Positions 49,648 to 64,000 are shown, numbered from the stretch's first letter. The stretch: 64,000 nt of DNA from Lytechinus pictus (GCF_037042905.1 NC_087250.1:26352001-26416000); one strand, 5' to 3'. Made by a program: numbers and translations. Notes: generated from the letters alone by a model not told the origin.

Positions 49648-51045
49648 TTAAGTATTGCCCATGTTGGTAAATTTCTGTGACAAAGTTGACCATATTTTCA
49701 AAATGAACACATTGAGTCAATCTATCGGAAAGCGCCCTCAGTCGTTCTTGTTATTAATTCCAAAGCCTAGTCGTGTGTAGATGGGGGTTTTCTCTCTCTC
49801 TTGTCTATTTTCTATGATATTTATTATTTTTTTCTATTATTTCAATATTTATATATTTATATCATGTATTCTTATCATAGCTTCATTCAAATGTTTGACT
49901 ATGTTCTTCTATTAAACTTCTTACTCTTGGCATTATTATTATTATCATTATTGTTATTAACATTATCGATTGGGTTTGATTTTCTTATTCTTCTTCTGAG
50001 GGGTGGGTTCTTGTGCTAAGTTGATAGTGTTTACAATTATATCCCTTACTTAAGATCGTTGTATTGAGAGTGTACACAACGAGAAAAAGGAATAGTTTTA
50101 TTACGAAAAACGTTTGCCATAAAATAGCATCTGCAAAGTGATTAGAAATTTGATATAAAAAATATATACTTTGTATACATAAACTTAAGTTCAAGTTCAA
50201 CCTTCTTATATTTGCATTCATGGGGCGTGCATAATAAAAACATAACATAAAACGTGTTTATGATGTATCACTTTGTAATTTCGATACATAATTACAATAG
50301 AGAGTTTTTGCAAATCCAACCCTAGCACGCAGCAAATGCACTGACAATCTAAGTCAAATCACAATGAAAAGGTTGGAGGTCTTTGTCAAACATTGATGAA
50401 TCGGAACAACAATTCCGTCCTACGTTTCCGAGCTGACAAAAAAACGCAATGCCGTTTGTCCAAAGTCACGGACGAACCCGTTGTATCAATTCACAAACCT
50501 TCGACAAAGACATCATTGTCATGAATGGCATTTGATATCACATTCTCTATGTTTCAGAAGGTGTCCTGCTTAGTATTTACGAGAATGTCCTAATGTATTA
50601 TACTGTAGAAGCCTACGTTGTAAAGCCAGAGCCCTGAGAACGATAGTTTTTTTACTGGGGGTGCTGATGTAATTTTGACAAGCAAAAAAAAAGGAGGTTT
50701 TACTGCAAAATATAAGTCATTTTCCTTTCATTTATCCAATTTGAACACCTGCCATATTTGAGTGGGTACTGCCAGGGAAGAATAATACGAAAGAAATCTT
50801 GGGGGTGCTTCATCTCCCCAGCAGCCCCGCTCCCCAGGGTCATGCGCAAAGCCTTGGTCTGGGTTTACTGTATGGCAAACAAAATTTACGCGAGGAAGCA
50901 ACGAGAGTGACAGATCATGACAAAATTCCCCTTCTGGTACCTGGTATGGTTAGGTCTTATTTACCGTATGAAAATTACAAAACAAAATGAAAGTGTACAA
51001 AAGTGGATGATTGCTACAAAATGTGACCATAATGCCTATTCTTAA

Positions 51046-51476
51046 AGCCCCCATCACACTTATTCCGAATCAAGCAGAATTGGCTTGAATGAAAGGACTA
51101 TTGTTTGACCACCAGATGGTCATTTAAATCTACTTCAAACACCGTTCGAAAATATCCCTCGAATGGTTTGAACATGACCAAAACCTTCGGGACGGCCAAA
51201 AGAAATGACAAAAATATTTCGAATGCACTCAGAATGCAGTCAGGATATTTAAAATGCCCCTATAATGTCCAAGAACGTAGCACGAATTATCAATCTTACT
51301 CCATTGCGGTTCATTTTGACTAGTGTATGATGATACACCTGGTCAATTTACTGAATTTCAACTCCAGTTTGGTGAATTCATAAGTTCCTCCCAAAAATTT
51401 CTAGATTTTTTGAATATTTTTTTCTTTCCAGCTTCTGCTTGATTCCTGTTGATTCCGAATAAGTGTGATGGGGGCT
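51046..51476. mobile_element. Harbinger-like MITE
   Basis: AGCCCCCATCACACTTATTC / GAATAAGTGTGATGGGGGCT TIRs. Confidence 0.82.
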
Positions 51477-54400
51477 AAAAATACAATACTGAACGATGAC
51501 GCTTCTCTTCGCCATTGATTTCATGGTTCTGTTCTTCCTATAGAGGTTCTTTCAATATAACAGAATAAATAACATACGGATACAATTCTCAATTTTAAAT
51601 AAACCTGACAATGGTGCCGTGACCTGGAGACCTTGCTGTACAGTCCTATAGACGAAACCGACTCCAGAAAAAGGCATTGGGAAGCAGGGTTACAGGGGGT
51701 GCTGAAGCACCAAAATTTCCTTTGGGATGCTGCGTGCATTTTTTTTCATAGGCAGCATCCCAGAGTATTCTGGAAGATGTGTCGAATTTGGAAAGGGTAA
51801 TCAAAATGAAGTTCACTTTGCAGTGAAACTTTTTTTTTTTTTTTTTTTTGGGGGGGGGGGGTTGATATTACTCTGAACCGATTTGACCTCAATGTTGTAG
51901 TGAGAACCCTTTTCCCCCAATTTCTTTATGAACCAATTTGAAATCCATGTAGTAGTAAGAAACCTTTTTTTTCTCTTTTTTTTTTCATCAGAGCCCTCAC
52001 CTAAAACACGTTAGCGTCACAAATTTAGTCATTTTTTCAGATCCTCTTTTAACGGTTAGGAAAGCGTTTGGGACGGATCTGAATTTTTAGTCAGTCATTT
52101 ATCGTCAAGTGTATCAATGCATAACAACACATAAATGCGATAACTTAGCTGGCAATTTATTTTATTCAGTCGAACTAAGCCCAATCTGCATTTCACACAT
52201 GCAATCATACACCTCGATTTCCAACTCGTTTCCCCCTCTTGCATGTCTATATCTGTTTCTCTCACTTCCTTTATTTGACCTCTCCGCCACCACCCCCCCC
52301 CCCTCTCTCTCTCTCTGTCTATACAACCCAGTCACCCAATAGTATGAGAGACAATTACTTTAAGATTAGACACTTGCCAAGAAATTCAACAGGTAAAGTA
52401 ATAAATAAATATCTTAATATGAATGCTTGTTTACAAACGGATGGGAAAACATGTTTTGTATCTCTTGTCTAAAACGATATGTTCAATAATATTCGATATT
52501 TAAGACATATATTTCATCCTGATGGAACAAGAGTTTGAACTTTACAACGAGAGGAAAATACACTAGCTCGATTACAATCGGATGATATTGTACAAACGTT
52601 TCCGCAACTTAGTAAAATCTGGAGTTACCCTCTTATGGGGTTCTCTGAAATAATTAGATAGACAGGTGGTGTGTTTTTGTTGCTTGTTTATGTATTTATT
52701 TGAATTCTAAGATCATGGAGCTGTGAAAGTATGACATCGATAACCCATGGTTTAAAAATATTAGTTCATTAAGAAAATAAATGTTTACCATGTTTACATG
52801 CATGCCATATGTATATTACTATTACAAAAGGCATATGGATAATTGTGCAATTCCATCTAATATTACGAACCATTTTACTTCAATTTGCCTGGAGCTAACA
52901 GGATAAGTGATGTTAAATCAGACATAAATTTTGGAATACCCAATTGCTTACACAAAATGTACAAAATGATACATTCATATCTTTTGGACCAAATCTACCT
53001 GACAACAAAATTGGAGTCACATTCGAATACTATCACAATAATGCATAAACATTAGTCTAAATATAAATGATACATCACGCCCCTCTATATACTAGAATAT
53101 AGTGTTAAAGTGAAAACACTCAATGTGAATGGATAGGCATAGTTCTTTGTATTGTTGGTTGGTTTGTTGGCTTTAGAGATGATGGCGCTATTCCATCGAC
53201 GTGATCGATATCTACAGTGATATACGCCAGGCTACGTGATTTCACCCTCCCCTGTACAGCTCTCATCATTCGATTCTGCTATTTAATTGCACTCTGTGTT
53301 ATAGATAAATTCACCTGGAAAAGGCGTAGTGCAATACTTAAATGATTCACCGTTTTCTTGTGATAACATTGGTTGTTAGTTTTGACAGGTAGTACTTGTA
53401 TTTGACCTTTTCCCTTCATTGACCAGAGTGACAGTAATTTTGTTGTAATTATGTGCCTTTCGAATTCAAGCGCTCCTTACATAAATTATATTCTCCATAT
53501 CTTCGATTGAACACCTGAGTAAAAAAGGCCAAAGTCTAAAAGAAGTCATTTCGAGAAAATCGGAAAAAAATGATATATATTTTTTATTTGGGTAATTGAA
53601 GTATATGATTGGCCAAAATAAATCAGAGAACATCATTAAACAAATATAAGTGTATTTTATATGAACATTAATATTCACGTTACTTTTTGGCGGGGGCCAT
53701 TCTTATATTCATATACATGGTAGACTTCTGTAGTTAGTACAAGACATGAGAGAGGGCGCTATGATATAAATGTAAGAAAAACCCAAGTCCTAGACTTGGG
53801 CTTTTCTTACACTCATACCAGATATTCCTACTTTATTTAAGGCATTACTGAGATGATGTCAGATTTATCATTTAAACACAACATGAGTCATTGTATAATG
53901 AACAATTTCCCATATTAAACTCAATTTCGCAAAAAATGGACTTGGGCCGTTTTATATTCAAATACTCAATTAAAAAGAAGAAAGAAGTACCTCCATGGAA
54001 TCTCCAGAAATGTATTTGTTTTATTTACATAATTACATATCATACTACAAGGTATGTATATGCATTACTTGTCCAATATATAGCTAGGCCTGAAAATAAA
54101 TTCATATGACTACAAATTAATGTAAGTAGCCAGCCGGAGGCAGTAGCGTCAATTTAATGTAACGCGTTGACCGGCGGAATCACGTAATTAGTATGTACGT
54201 TATTACACGCAAATCACATAACCCGTTGTTTATTTAGGGCGGCTATTGTCGGGTACGCCCAAAAGGCGGCAAACACTCTCTTCCTTCTTAGCATTGACGA
54301 ACTTCAAGTGTTTATTCTAATCAAGTTTACTTTTTGGACCGGTGGCAGATACAAACTCTTTAACCCCCCCCCAAAAAAAAAAAAATTCCCCAAGAATTGG

Positions 54401-54560
54401 GGGAAGGGAAGCTCCCACTTGAACATTGAGGCGGACACCTACCCCCCGTGATCGCCGCCTACGGCAGGGCGTGTGATAATCAATGTGTTAAGACGTTTTT
54501 TATAGGCGTGATACTTCTATGGTTGCTAAAATGATATCATTGAGCTATGTTTTCCCCTTC

Positions 54561-57500
54561 CTAGATGGCATTCATGGCATCTGTGGTTGGTCCAGCATGT
54601 CCATTAATGGATTCGTTGTCTTGATCATTAACATGATCCAACTCATCTTTCTTGTTGTAGACCTCTCTCATTTCTTCATGAACGACTGGTAATTTATCAT
54701 CCTGCGTATGGAAATAGAGATACCACATTCCTTTTAAATGGCAAAAGTGACAAAGAGCATTTGACTTCGTTAAGAGGAAGGGGAGTCGCAGAAGTGACCA
54801 TTTTATTCATGCAATTGCAGGATGTCGTCCCTAAGGTAACTTTATACAACACAAACATATTATGTTAATATGGGTATCCTCAAAGGCGACCGCACACCTT
54901 ACGATTGGTCTGCGACCCGATTTCAGAATAAAATGTAGTAGAATTTGATTTTAATATTGAGACTTGGAATATCTTACTGTGTAACGTTTTAAATCATTGT
55001 ACGAATTCCTATGTTCAAATCTGTGACTATGCTATCATCCTTCTTTGAATAAAAGCGAGTTTAATATATAGTCGTAATGACGTCATAGCAGTCGTACGAT
55101 TGGCTACGATTTGAAACTAATTTGGCCTTTACTCCAAAATGAAGGCTTGCAATCTTACGAAATGGTCATATTAGTAGGCCCTATTCTTTCAATTAATTTA
55201 AACCTCAAATAAAATTATATGGTCCATTCACAAAATCGGATCGCGAACAGTCGTAAAGTGTGCGGTGGCCTTAAGAGCAGATTCCATGGCCCGTATTCTG
55301 AAGTCGGGTTTAACTTAAACTCAGGTTTAAAGTTGTGGTTTAAGTATGGACAGCCAATTGTTACATAAATCACTAACAGTAGGGATATCATATTTCAGCT
55401 CATTTGGCTCTCAAATAATTCATAATTGTCTAGGAAGTATACATAGATTATTGTCTTCACCATCGATGAATCAAGAAAGAGCACAGCAAACATAAGAAAC
55501 GTACAACTTAACAAAAAAATTGATACTTTTGGCTGTCCATACTTAAACCACAACTTTAAACCTGAGTTTAACTTAAACCCGACTTCAGAATACGGGCCCA
55601 TGAATGTGCGTCACGTGATATTCAGAGGAATCAGCTGTAGCAAGCCAACACATCAACCATGCAGTAGACAGACTCGAGTTGAATAGTCAGCGGTGCAGTA
55701 GATCCCAATCTCAATGGCGATACATGCCCACACGCCAACGTGAATATGCAGCCACCACATACATAAATCCCCCCTAACCTTCAAATCCACACAAGATATC
55801 AGCGTGAAGTTATACCCTTGTGCAAAAATAGTGCAAATGTAAAAAAAAATGAAGAACTGAAGTAAAATAAATCATACCTCTTCATAGTTGATCTCGTCAA
55901 TACCACACCGCATGCGCCGTTTGAGACTTCCGGGGAAACAACAGAAGAGGGCGTCTGTCAAGTGATTCTTCAGGCGATTATCAATCAATTCAGGATCTTG
56001 GAAACCTTCCGACATGCCAAAGATTAAAATAAGGTTAATTCAGTAAAATATCTGAACATGTAGGTTTTGAGTAATCGGAAATTCACTTGCACGTGGTTTA
56101 CCATGTGGGTGTCGTGGTCTAGTGGTTACGACTCTTGTCTTTAAATGTGTTGGACGTGGGTTCGATTCCCAACCACGGCGTGCGTTCTTCAGCAGGGGCC
56201 GCGGAAACTTTTTTCCACACCGTTAAAAAAAACGTAAAAATGACCATATGATTGTGACTTTTTTGCATGGTCAGCCCCCCCCCCCCCCCCCCCCACTTTG
56301 AAAACCGTTCCGCGGCCCCTGTTCAGTAAGAAATTTATCCACATTGTGCTGCAGTCAACCCAGGCGAGGTGAATGAGTATCCGATAGGAAGAAATTCCTT
56401 GAATGCTTGATCGCCTGTATGGCGGCTCTGCGACAGCCGTAGTAATCATGGTAATAATAATTATGATACCAAATGTAAAGCGCAGTAGCTTAATATAGTA
56501 TCTGCGCTTAATAAATGGTCCATATTATAATAAGTATCTTTATTCTTCTTATTATTATTGTCTTTATTATTATTATTATTTCATTATTATTTTTACCTGT
56601 TAGATAACTGACGATCATTGCTGTGATTATACACACAATGCTTCCGATGAGTCCATAGTAAAGAAATGAAATATGATACAAGTTGGTAATTGCTGGCCTG
56701 GAAATAGAGAGAGATAGAGGGAGAGAGGGATTGTCGAAAGAATGATTGTTTATTGAATATTACAAACGCAACGGACTTAAGCATGTACTCCGCCTAAGAT
56801 AATACATTCATGGAGTGATGAGAGAAGACGTACTTTTAAACAAAACAAAAGTCCCCAGTCAACATGCTTAAAGATGCAAAAGGTGCTAAAGCGGGGAATT
56901 TCGTCGTTCATTGGACTAGGTTATAGTTTAACTCCCCCCCCCCCCCCCACGTACAAATATGTGTACACACACACACACAAACAGACAGTTCTCATACCGG
57001 AATTTACTAATGCATAACACATACAGTGACACCTGTCTTTAGTGACCACCAGAGGAAAACACAAAATGAGGCCTTTATAGCAAGGTGGCTGCTATAGACA
57101 GGTTCGTATACACACAATCTGCCTCCATAGAATCAGTTTTAGTGGTCATTATAGGCAGGTGGCCACTTACACAAGTTTGACTGTACATTAGTGAAAATTG
57201 CATTAAAAAACAAATGAGATGCATTAGTCACAACTCCTTTGAAGACTTAAAAAAAAACAGGAGTTAAAACTCGCCGTACTTACAATTCCTCAGAAATTGG
57301 TTCCTTGGTAGAGCCTGGGAGTGTTGCCGTAGTCCATTCTGTGGTTGGGATGGTGTAGGTCGTGTATGTGCCATTGGGTACTGGACAACCTTCAACCGAT
57401 AAAGGCAGTTGCCCCCTTGATGAGGGGTATATGATTGATCCTACCTTGATCCAGACCATGACAATGAAACTGGCTACGAACCCAGCAACAGCCCCCTGGA

Positions 57501-60500
57501 AATACGTAAAATAAGTAATGGTTCTTCTCTTAGTTCTTTTTAAACCTGGTTATCGGCGGAGCATAGGATCAGTCATAATGGTTATAGTCGCGTGCGTTTG
57601 AGTGTCTGAAAGTCCACACACACACAGCTTCAACACAGGGAACAGTCGTTTCCATGAACGTAATATTGCAGATATCCGGTTATGTCTTTATAACTGATAA
57701 TAATCTCACACCAGATTGTTAATAGTGTGAACATTTTTATCCAGTTCCATTAATTTGATGTAAATATTATTACAATTAATTCACTTGTTACGTCTCGCTG
57801 TTCATTTGAAAGTGTCAATGTTCACAACTCTTGCTATGGCAAACGGTCTGAAATCACCCATATTTTCGAGACGCTGGCACCTTTGTTTTCCCACTGGAAT
57901 ATCCCTAAGGGTAAAAAAGGTCGAGATTGATTGTCATCTCAATGCTAAATATATTACCTACAAATTGATGTTTGATACTTTATGACTGGTATAATGGTTA
58001 CATCTCATTTTTCTCCCAAACTTTGAGATCGAGCAGCCAGAACATGGCATATTTCTGTGTACAACGTCACGTGACTAACGTATTGGGAATTTTAGGCTAG
58101 CATCGTATGCTACGTAAACCAAATTAGCGAACATGACCGAAACTAACCATTATGAAAAAAAAACAAGTGGCCCCTAAAAAATTAAAGGGGGTCAAATAAG
58201 ATTAAATAACAACTTTAATTACTCGTTCGATCAAAATAAAATGTCACTTGACATGCCCACGACCTATGAACAGAGCCTGCTGACATCAGGGGGGGGGGGG
58301 GGGGTTATGAAAGGTGAAGTTGTCTTCCTCCGACCATAGCGACAGTCAGAGCTTCTGAGCCAATCCAAACTAAGAATTTCACAAAAATTGTCAGCGATTA
58401 CCTTTTAATCAGTGCTGAAAACTTTCGTTTTTGAAGTACCAGTCAGTTGTTCTCAGCACAACTCTATACAACTTGCAAGCTTTTGATTCTCATCGATCAA
58501 TGTAAAAATAAACCAAAAAAAAAAATAGATCGGAGATGGTTGAAATGTTTATAAGGAGTTACTAACTCTGGAACCGACGACAAAAGCTCCCACCAAAAGT
58601 AACTTCACAGCGCATCCTAAAAACAGTTGTCGCTTTAATTTTTTATCACTTTGTATTGGCTAAAACAAGGAAGGGGAATCCCAGGAAAATAATTTATTTC
58701 AACAAAAAAATGTAGCTTATACGAACCTTTGAATTACAACGATGTACGAATACAGCTAAGATAAAGACACCTAGGAACCCGCCAGAGATCACCCCGACAA
58801 CGCTGACGGTAAACTGAAAAAAAAAACACAGACACAAACAAATTCCATGCTTATGTCGGGCGTACGACGGATGTAAATACCTGAATTCGAGAAATGTTAT
58901 GCGGCGGCCGCAATGTCGACGTACGGCGGATTCATTTTTTTACAGGCCGTAGGGGTGGCAGAAAAATTATAACGCGGAGTTCTAACATTTCTTTTATATT
59001 TCTATGCTTGCCGTAGTAATTAGACCAGCCGTAGCCATGGCGTAGAACAGATCACGGTGGCAGTCCGTCGAGCGCACGGTGACCATTCGGCTGCCCAGGG
59101 GAGTGTTTCATCAAGATTTTTGTCCGACAAGTCGTCAGATCTGACAACTTTCCTTGATTCTGATTGGCTGTGAGGAAGTTTTACTATGGTAACTGTCGTA
59201 TAAAATAAGATTTGTCGGATAAAACGTCTGACAAGTCATTCATGAAACAGTCCCCTGGACTTGAATGGTGTACTACTTCCCTCCTTGTTTTTATCAATAA
59301 TAATTCATGGATGAATCAGAGTGAATAGATTCGAATTACCCTAATCAAGTAAAATACATGAATATCATGTTTAGATATTCTCTAACCCATTTGTAGGTGA
59401 CTGTAAAACAGTACATCCATTTATTTTGTGCATTATAACTCCCTATGAAATCTTTTACTGCAATTTCACAAGAAAATATGGTAAAATAAACTTTAAAAAA
59501 CCCATAAAAATCTCACTTCACTCTGAGAGTAGTCCACGTCCTGGACGATTTTTATGAAACGCTATCGGACTGTATCCCCGCGCGCACACATAACCAACAC
59601 ACACACGCCCTCCACTGATTCACTTACCCCCAGTGATTTACCTAACCCAGTGATTCACCTTACCCACTTATTAACTTTCCCGACTATTCAGGGTGTGTGT
59701 GTGTGTACATGTATGCGTGTTATGGGGATGTAGTGTGTTATGTGTTTGGTAGTCGTATCGTACCAACTAACAACAGTCCAGGAGGTGGACTTCTCTGAGA
59801 AGAGCTAGTGTGATTATGAAATTAGATTAGCTCTTTTGCATTTAGAGAGTACGTCGTAAATTTAAAGGTGTGGCATATTGTGTACGGTTTGCAGCGTTTA
59901 TTTACTTTATCACGTCACGGTACGCTATTACGTTTTGTGCACATTCGTAACCCCCCACCCTTTAATCAACGAAGTATTGGGTTATATAACCCAACTAATC
60001 GGTTAAATTCTACAAGCAAAATAAGTATCACAACCTAACGTTAACCAGATGAATGTAAATTGGCATTGAGAACAGACTAACACCTTCGCACGAGTCGGTA
60101 TATTAGACACGTTAGATTAGATCACGCATTTGTGTACGAAAGTACTCAAAACGTGATAGCACACCATGATGTGAAAATGTGAGTAGGCCTAAACGTTGCA
60201 AGCCTATTAGTACTTTCTCCAAACCTGTAAGATTCCGGACTGCATGAAACGAATACAAAATGAAAACCCAATCGCCAACATGCCGTACACAAGAGCTGTA
60301 ATACAAAAGAGAAAAAATATGTATTTTAAAACTTTGTGTCTGGCTGTGCAAGAGTATTTAGCCAACAATTATTTAATGAGAAAGTCTTTAAAATCAATGT
60401 TTAAATGCCAACATATTTTCCCCTCTAAACGAGGGATTTATTTTAAGGGCTGTTTAATTCCTGGTTAGAATAATATGCACAGTATATCACTAATGAAAAA

Positions 60501-63500
60501 AATTGGCACGATATTCATAAGGACAAGCAAATTTAATTTCTAATTGAGTTGGAAACTGCATTACCAGTGGTATTCCTTTTTTGCGCCTTTAATATATATC
60601 ATCTTTATTCGCCAAATAATATACATGTAACATATATGTGACACTTCTAAAAAAAAAAGAGAAAAAAAATTGTACACAATAAATCACAATTAATGAAATA
60701 TAGGGAGAAAAGAAAGATTAAATTGAAGCTAAGAAATACATAGGAATTCAATCAACTGACCCACTTCTTCCCTTGTTAACGTGTTGCAGATTCTTTCCTG
60801 ATTTCTTACTGCTATCAGTTCTTTCAGAACATTCACATCCAGTTCTCTACAAGCCGGGACATCACAGTCCTTACTCTTATTACATTTACTGAGAAAATAT
60901 TGCACCTCATTTAAATTATCACAAAAAGTTGAAAAAGGGTTCCTTTTGGCATATTTCAAAACCATTCTTTTGAATCTCGCTCCAGTCTTCACAATTATGT
61001 TATTCAACTTTTGAAATCTATATCTTAAAGCATTCTCAAGAGGTTGACAATCAGACAGTAAAGCTACCAGATCACAATGAGTCATATTATTAATTCTCCA
61101 AAATTTTCTCAGAGCTTTCCTCCAACAGGTGCATTTGTTCAATACAGCTTTACTTCTTAATTGCCACAAGCATGCTCCACAGAAACTACAACAATATTGT
61201 TTGAATTATAAACACTGCACTGATTATTTAATATGACCAAAATCAGATCTGAGAATATTGAAAATTTTCCAGAATTTAGCAGTAGCTGATGAAACCAAGC
61301 TATTCTTGTCAAAAGTTGAAATATGGTGACCTAAGTGAACCCCACTATTGATATTTGACACATTAGTATCATTAATAACAACAGAATATTCCCTTGAATT
61401 GTTGTCGCCACCAGTTGGAAAGACAAGAAATTGACTTTTAGATCCATTTAAAGTATTATCAAAATCTGTGGCAAAGTTCTCACATATTTTTATCATGGTT
61501 TGTAAGCCTTTCTTTGTTGGTGACATAAGAGGTGATATCATCAGCATATGCTAAGTATCCCGCAAAATAATTACCAATTCTACAACCAATTATTCCCCAA
61601 ATTGGCCTTTTTTGTATACAAAAATAAAGTTTACCTTTTCTGTTCATTACTTGTTTTCCTTTCTTTCTTTGCGCCCCCTTTTCCCTTTTTGCGCTCCCAT
61701 GAAACTGGCGGGGCACGTGCCCCTCCCTAGATACGCCACTGCTCCTCACATAAGAAAAGTACTGTTTGTTCATATCACATTCAATAAAAGCGTGTACAAC
61801 GTTGTCTTTAAACATGACAGTGCGGACAATATTTTTCGTCAGCAATACCCCCCCCCCCCCCCTATTTAAAAAGATTACTTCTAACGGGTACTAGTGAGTT
61901 GTATAAAAGTTTATTATTAAACTCTCGTAGTAAGCGAAGCTCACCTATGCATATCAAATTTCTTTTAAACACAGAAACCAGTAAATATCAGTCTGCAATA
62001 TATTTTCAAACCAGATAAAAAAAGTTTACTACTAATTGCCACCATATTGATATATGTTTAGATCTAGTACATTGAAATAAACTTAGCTTTGTGAAATCAT
62101 GAAATCTTAGCTAAATACCAATAATTCTGATGATCACGAACACAAAAATGCATATGTGGGACAGTGTATTATTAATATTTTTGTTTAGATTGTTCTTTGG
62201 GCCTGATGTTTCCATCATAAAATGATTAAAAGTGGCACATGACCGCCACGTAAAAAAAACATGATATAATTAAAAGTACAAGCTTTGATATCAAGCTAAT
62301 TAAAAATGAATTAACACCTAAATATTTATATGTTGGTAGCTAAATGGTATGTGTTAGAGGGAGTGACTTCCACAGCCGAGCCGTCATTGGAATATATGAA
62401 GATTGATGAAGAGAAGTATTTGACTTTGGGACAATGACTCTGTAGGGGTGGGCAGCTTGGAAAATACCCGACATTTTATGGAATTCCGTGCCTTTTATTT
62501 CTGGGCAATTACATTTATTCTTACAATTAAACACTTCGGTAGTCATTTTATTGGATTCTGTTTGAAGTCATTTTGAGATCGTTACCACAATTTCCATTTA
62601 TCTTTAACTGATGAAAACAAATATGAATATCCCATTTGCAATGCGGAATATAAATGTAAATATACATGTATACATATATACATATGTATTTGTATACATA
62701 TATAATATCCTCTTTTAGAGTAGTGCATTATGGGAAATGACAATCGTATGTACTCTACCTAATATCTTGGCTACTCTGGCGTAGTTTCGCTCACTAATAT
62801 TCGGCCATATTGCTTTCACGCCATCTTCTGCCGTGATAGCTGCTAGTGCATTTACTCCAGACGATAGCGTGCTGCAGAAAGGGATAAGATCGAAATATTA
62901 AATGATTCATCTATGATTCATCTTTCTTCAATATTTATTTTTTGTCTTCAAAATTCTGATTTTTGTTATTCCCTTGTTATCATCCTTCTACGGATAACGG
63001 GAGTAAAACAAGAACAATCTGAAATTAGACTATTCATTTTTGAAATATAGTTCCATTTTTTGTATACACAAGAAAATGTTTCAACTGGCGCAATTAATGG
63101 TCTCCGAAATAGCGCATTTTTTTTCGTGAGACGAAATGGTTGTCAGGTTGCTTCTCCCCTAACCCTCAATCACTAATTGCCCGAGGGTTACAGGACATGG
63201 TATTATGAATAACCGTCAAAGAATACCGGTGCTATGAATTTCAAGAGTTTTTAATTTATCATTTCATTCATCTTTTTGCTTTTTCTTTTCCTTTTTTTCC
63301 TTTAACTTGTTTTCTTTTCCCTTTTTTACGTTGAATGTAAAGTGCAAAATATCCTTGTCCTTTTATATACTTGTCCATTTTTATGCAAATAAAGAGAATT
63401 GAATTGTGTATCAGTTAGCCTACCTCAGAGATGCACTGACAACTGATGCTAGAAATACACCAGGCAATCCGGGAATTTCGGCAAACATCTCCATCACAAA

Positions 63501-63912
63501 GAGAGGCATTATCTAAAAAAAAAAAATATATATATAACGAAATTCGATTCCGGAAAGTAGTTTATGGGGAAAATGAAATTTCAATATAAGAGGTGGCAAT
63601 GAACCGAGATGCAGATCAGCTCTAAATGATAGGAACTGAACTTAGACCTACGGATAAAGATGTAAACAAGTGTATCCAGCGGGCATTTTATGTAACGATT
63701 TTTGTAAGTGTTAAGGAGATCTTACAGCTTTTTCACCAAAGAGAACCTATCTACCCGATAGTTTATATTAAGCATTATATACCTGGTCACGTGACGAGAC
63801 GACCTTCGATTTCCATGGGTCGCAGTTTACGTAGTAGGCGTACATAACCAATCCAGAGAAGATGCATAGGGAAAGTATTATCCCCTTTAAGAGGACCGCG
63901 AGGAACAAGGCC
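54561..63912 (-). CDS. SLC5-family symporter copy 2, exons 7-15 (5' part lies beyond the window end)
   Basis: Exons 63783-63912, 63424-63512, 62759-62871, 60225-60295, 58727-58813, 57284-57495, 56597-56697, 55878-56005, 54561-54701. Same sizes and splice sites as copy 1; no stops or frameshifts seen. Confidence 0.9.
55288..55598. mobile_element. PIF/Harbinger-like MITE, present only in duplicate copy 2
   Basis: About 70-bp TIR GGCCCGTATTCTGAAGTCGGG..., 3-bp TSD CAT; empty site ATTCCATGAATG at about 16564-16575. Confidence 0.93.
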
Positions 63913-64000
63913 CTACAGACATGAAAAGAAAATTAAAATTATTTCGAAACAAGAAAACAGATGTTGTTTTGTATGTTAACTATTTACTGTTTTGAGCTTA

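Larger units (their letters stand above)
51990..64000 (+). repeat. Large direct duplication of 13263-27838 (offset about 38.7 kb at its start); continues past the window end
   Basis: AGAGCCCTCA(T/C)CTAAAACACG begins both copies; collinear to the last base apart from indels. Confidence 0.97.

Overview
AT-rich, intron-containing eukaryotic DNA; the repeat landscape and gene families suggest a marine invertebrate deuterostome such as a sea urchin (inference). The window has three genes. (1) A TRIM-type RING/B-box/coiled-coil/beta-propeller gene with an intronless CDS (+, 10576-12507). (2) A complete 15-coding-exon SLC5A5/6/8/12-like sodium:solute symporter gene (-, 44795 to 15844, 634 aa; all junctions GT-AG and in frame). 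(3) A second near-identical copy of that gene (exons 7-15, 63912 to 54561) inside a block (51990-64000) that repeats 13263-27838 and differs by transposon presence/absence. The introns hold many nested mobile elements: an intact DD34E Tc1 element, two multi-kb TGT..ACA foldback (Ginger-like) elements, hAT/Harbinger/Kolobok/piggyBac-type MITEs, SINEs and LINE relics. The most unusual signals are three. One is a short retroposon whose 5' end looks like 7SL RNA/Alu. Another is a set of retroposons that share a covarying 3' stem-loop and microsatellite tail, one preceded by an intron-containing tRNA-Tyr, mostly inserted after GAATA[A/G] in a host repeat. The third is a TIR element carrying a well-folded tRNA-like gene with a TCA anticodon, split by a later insertion.
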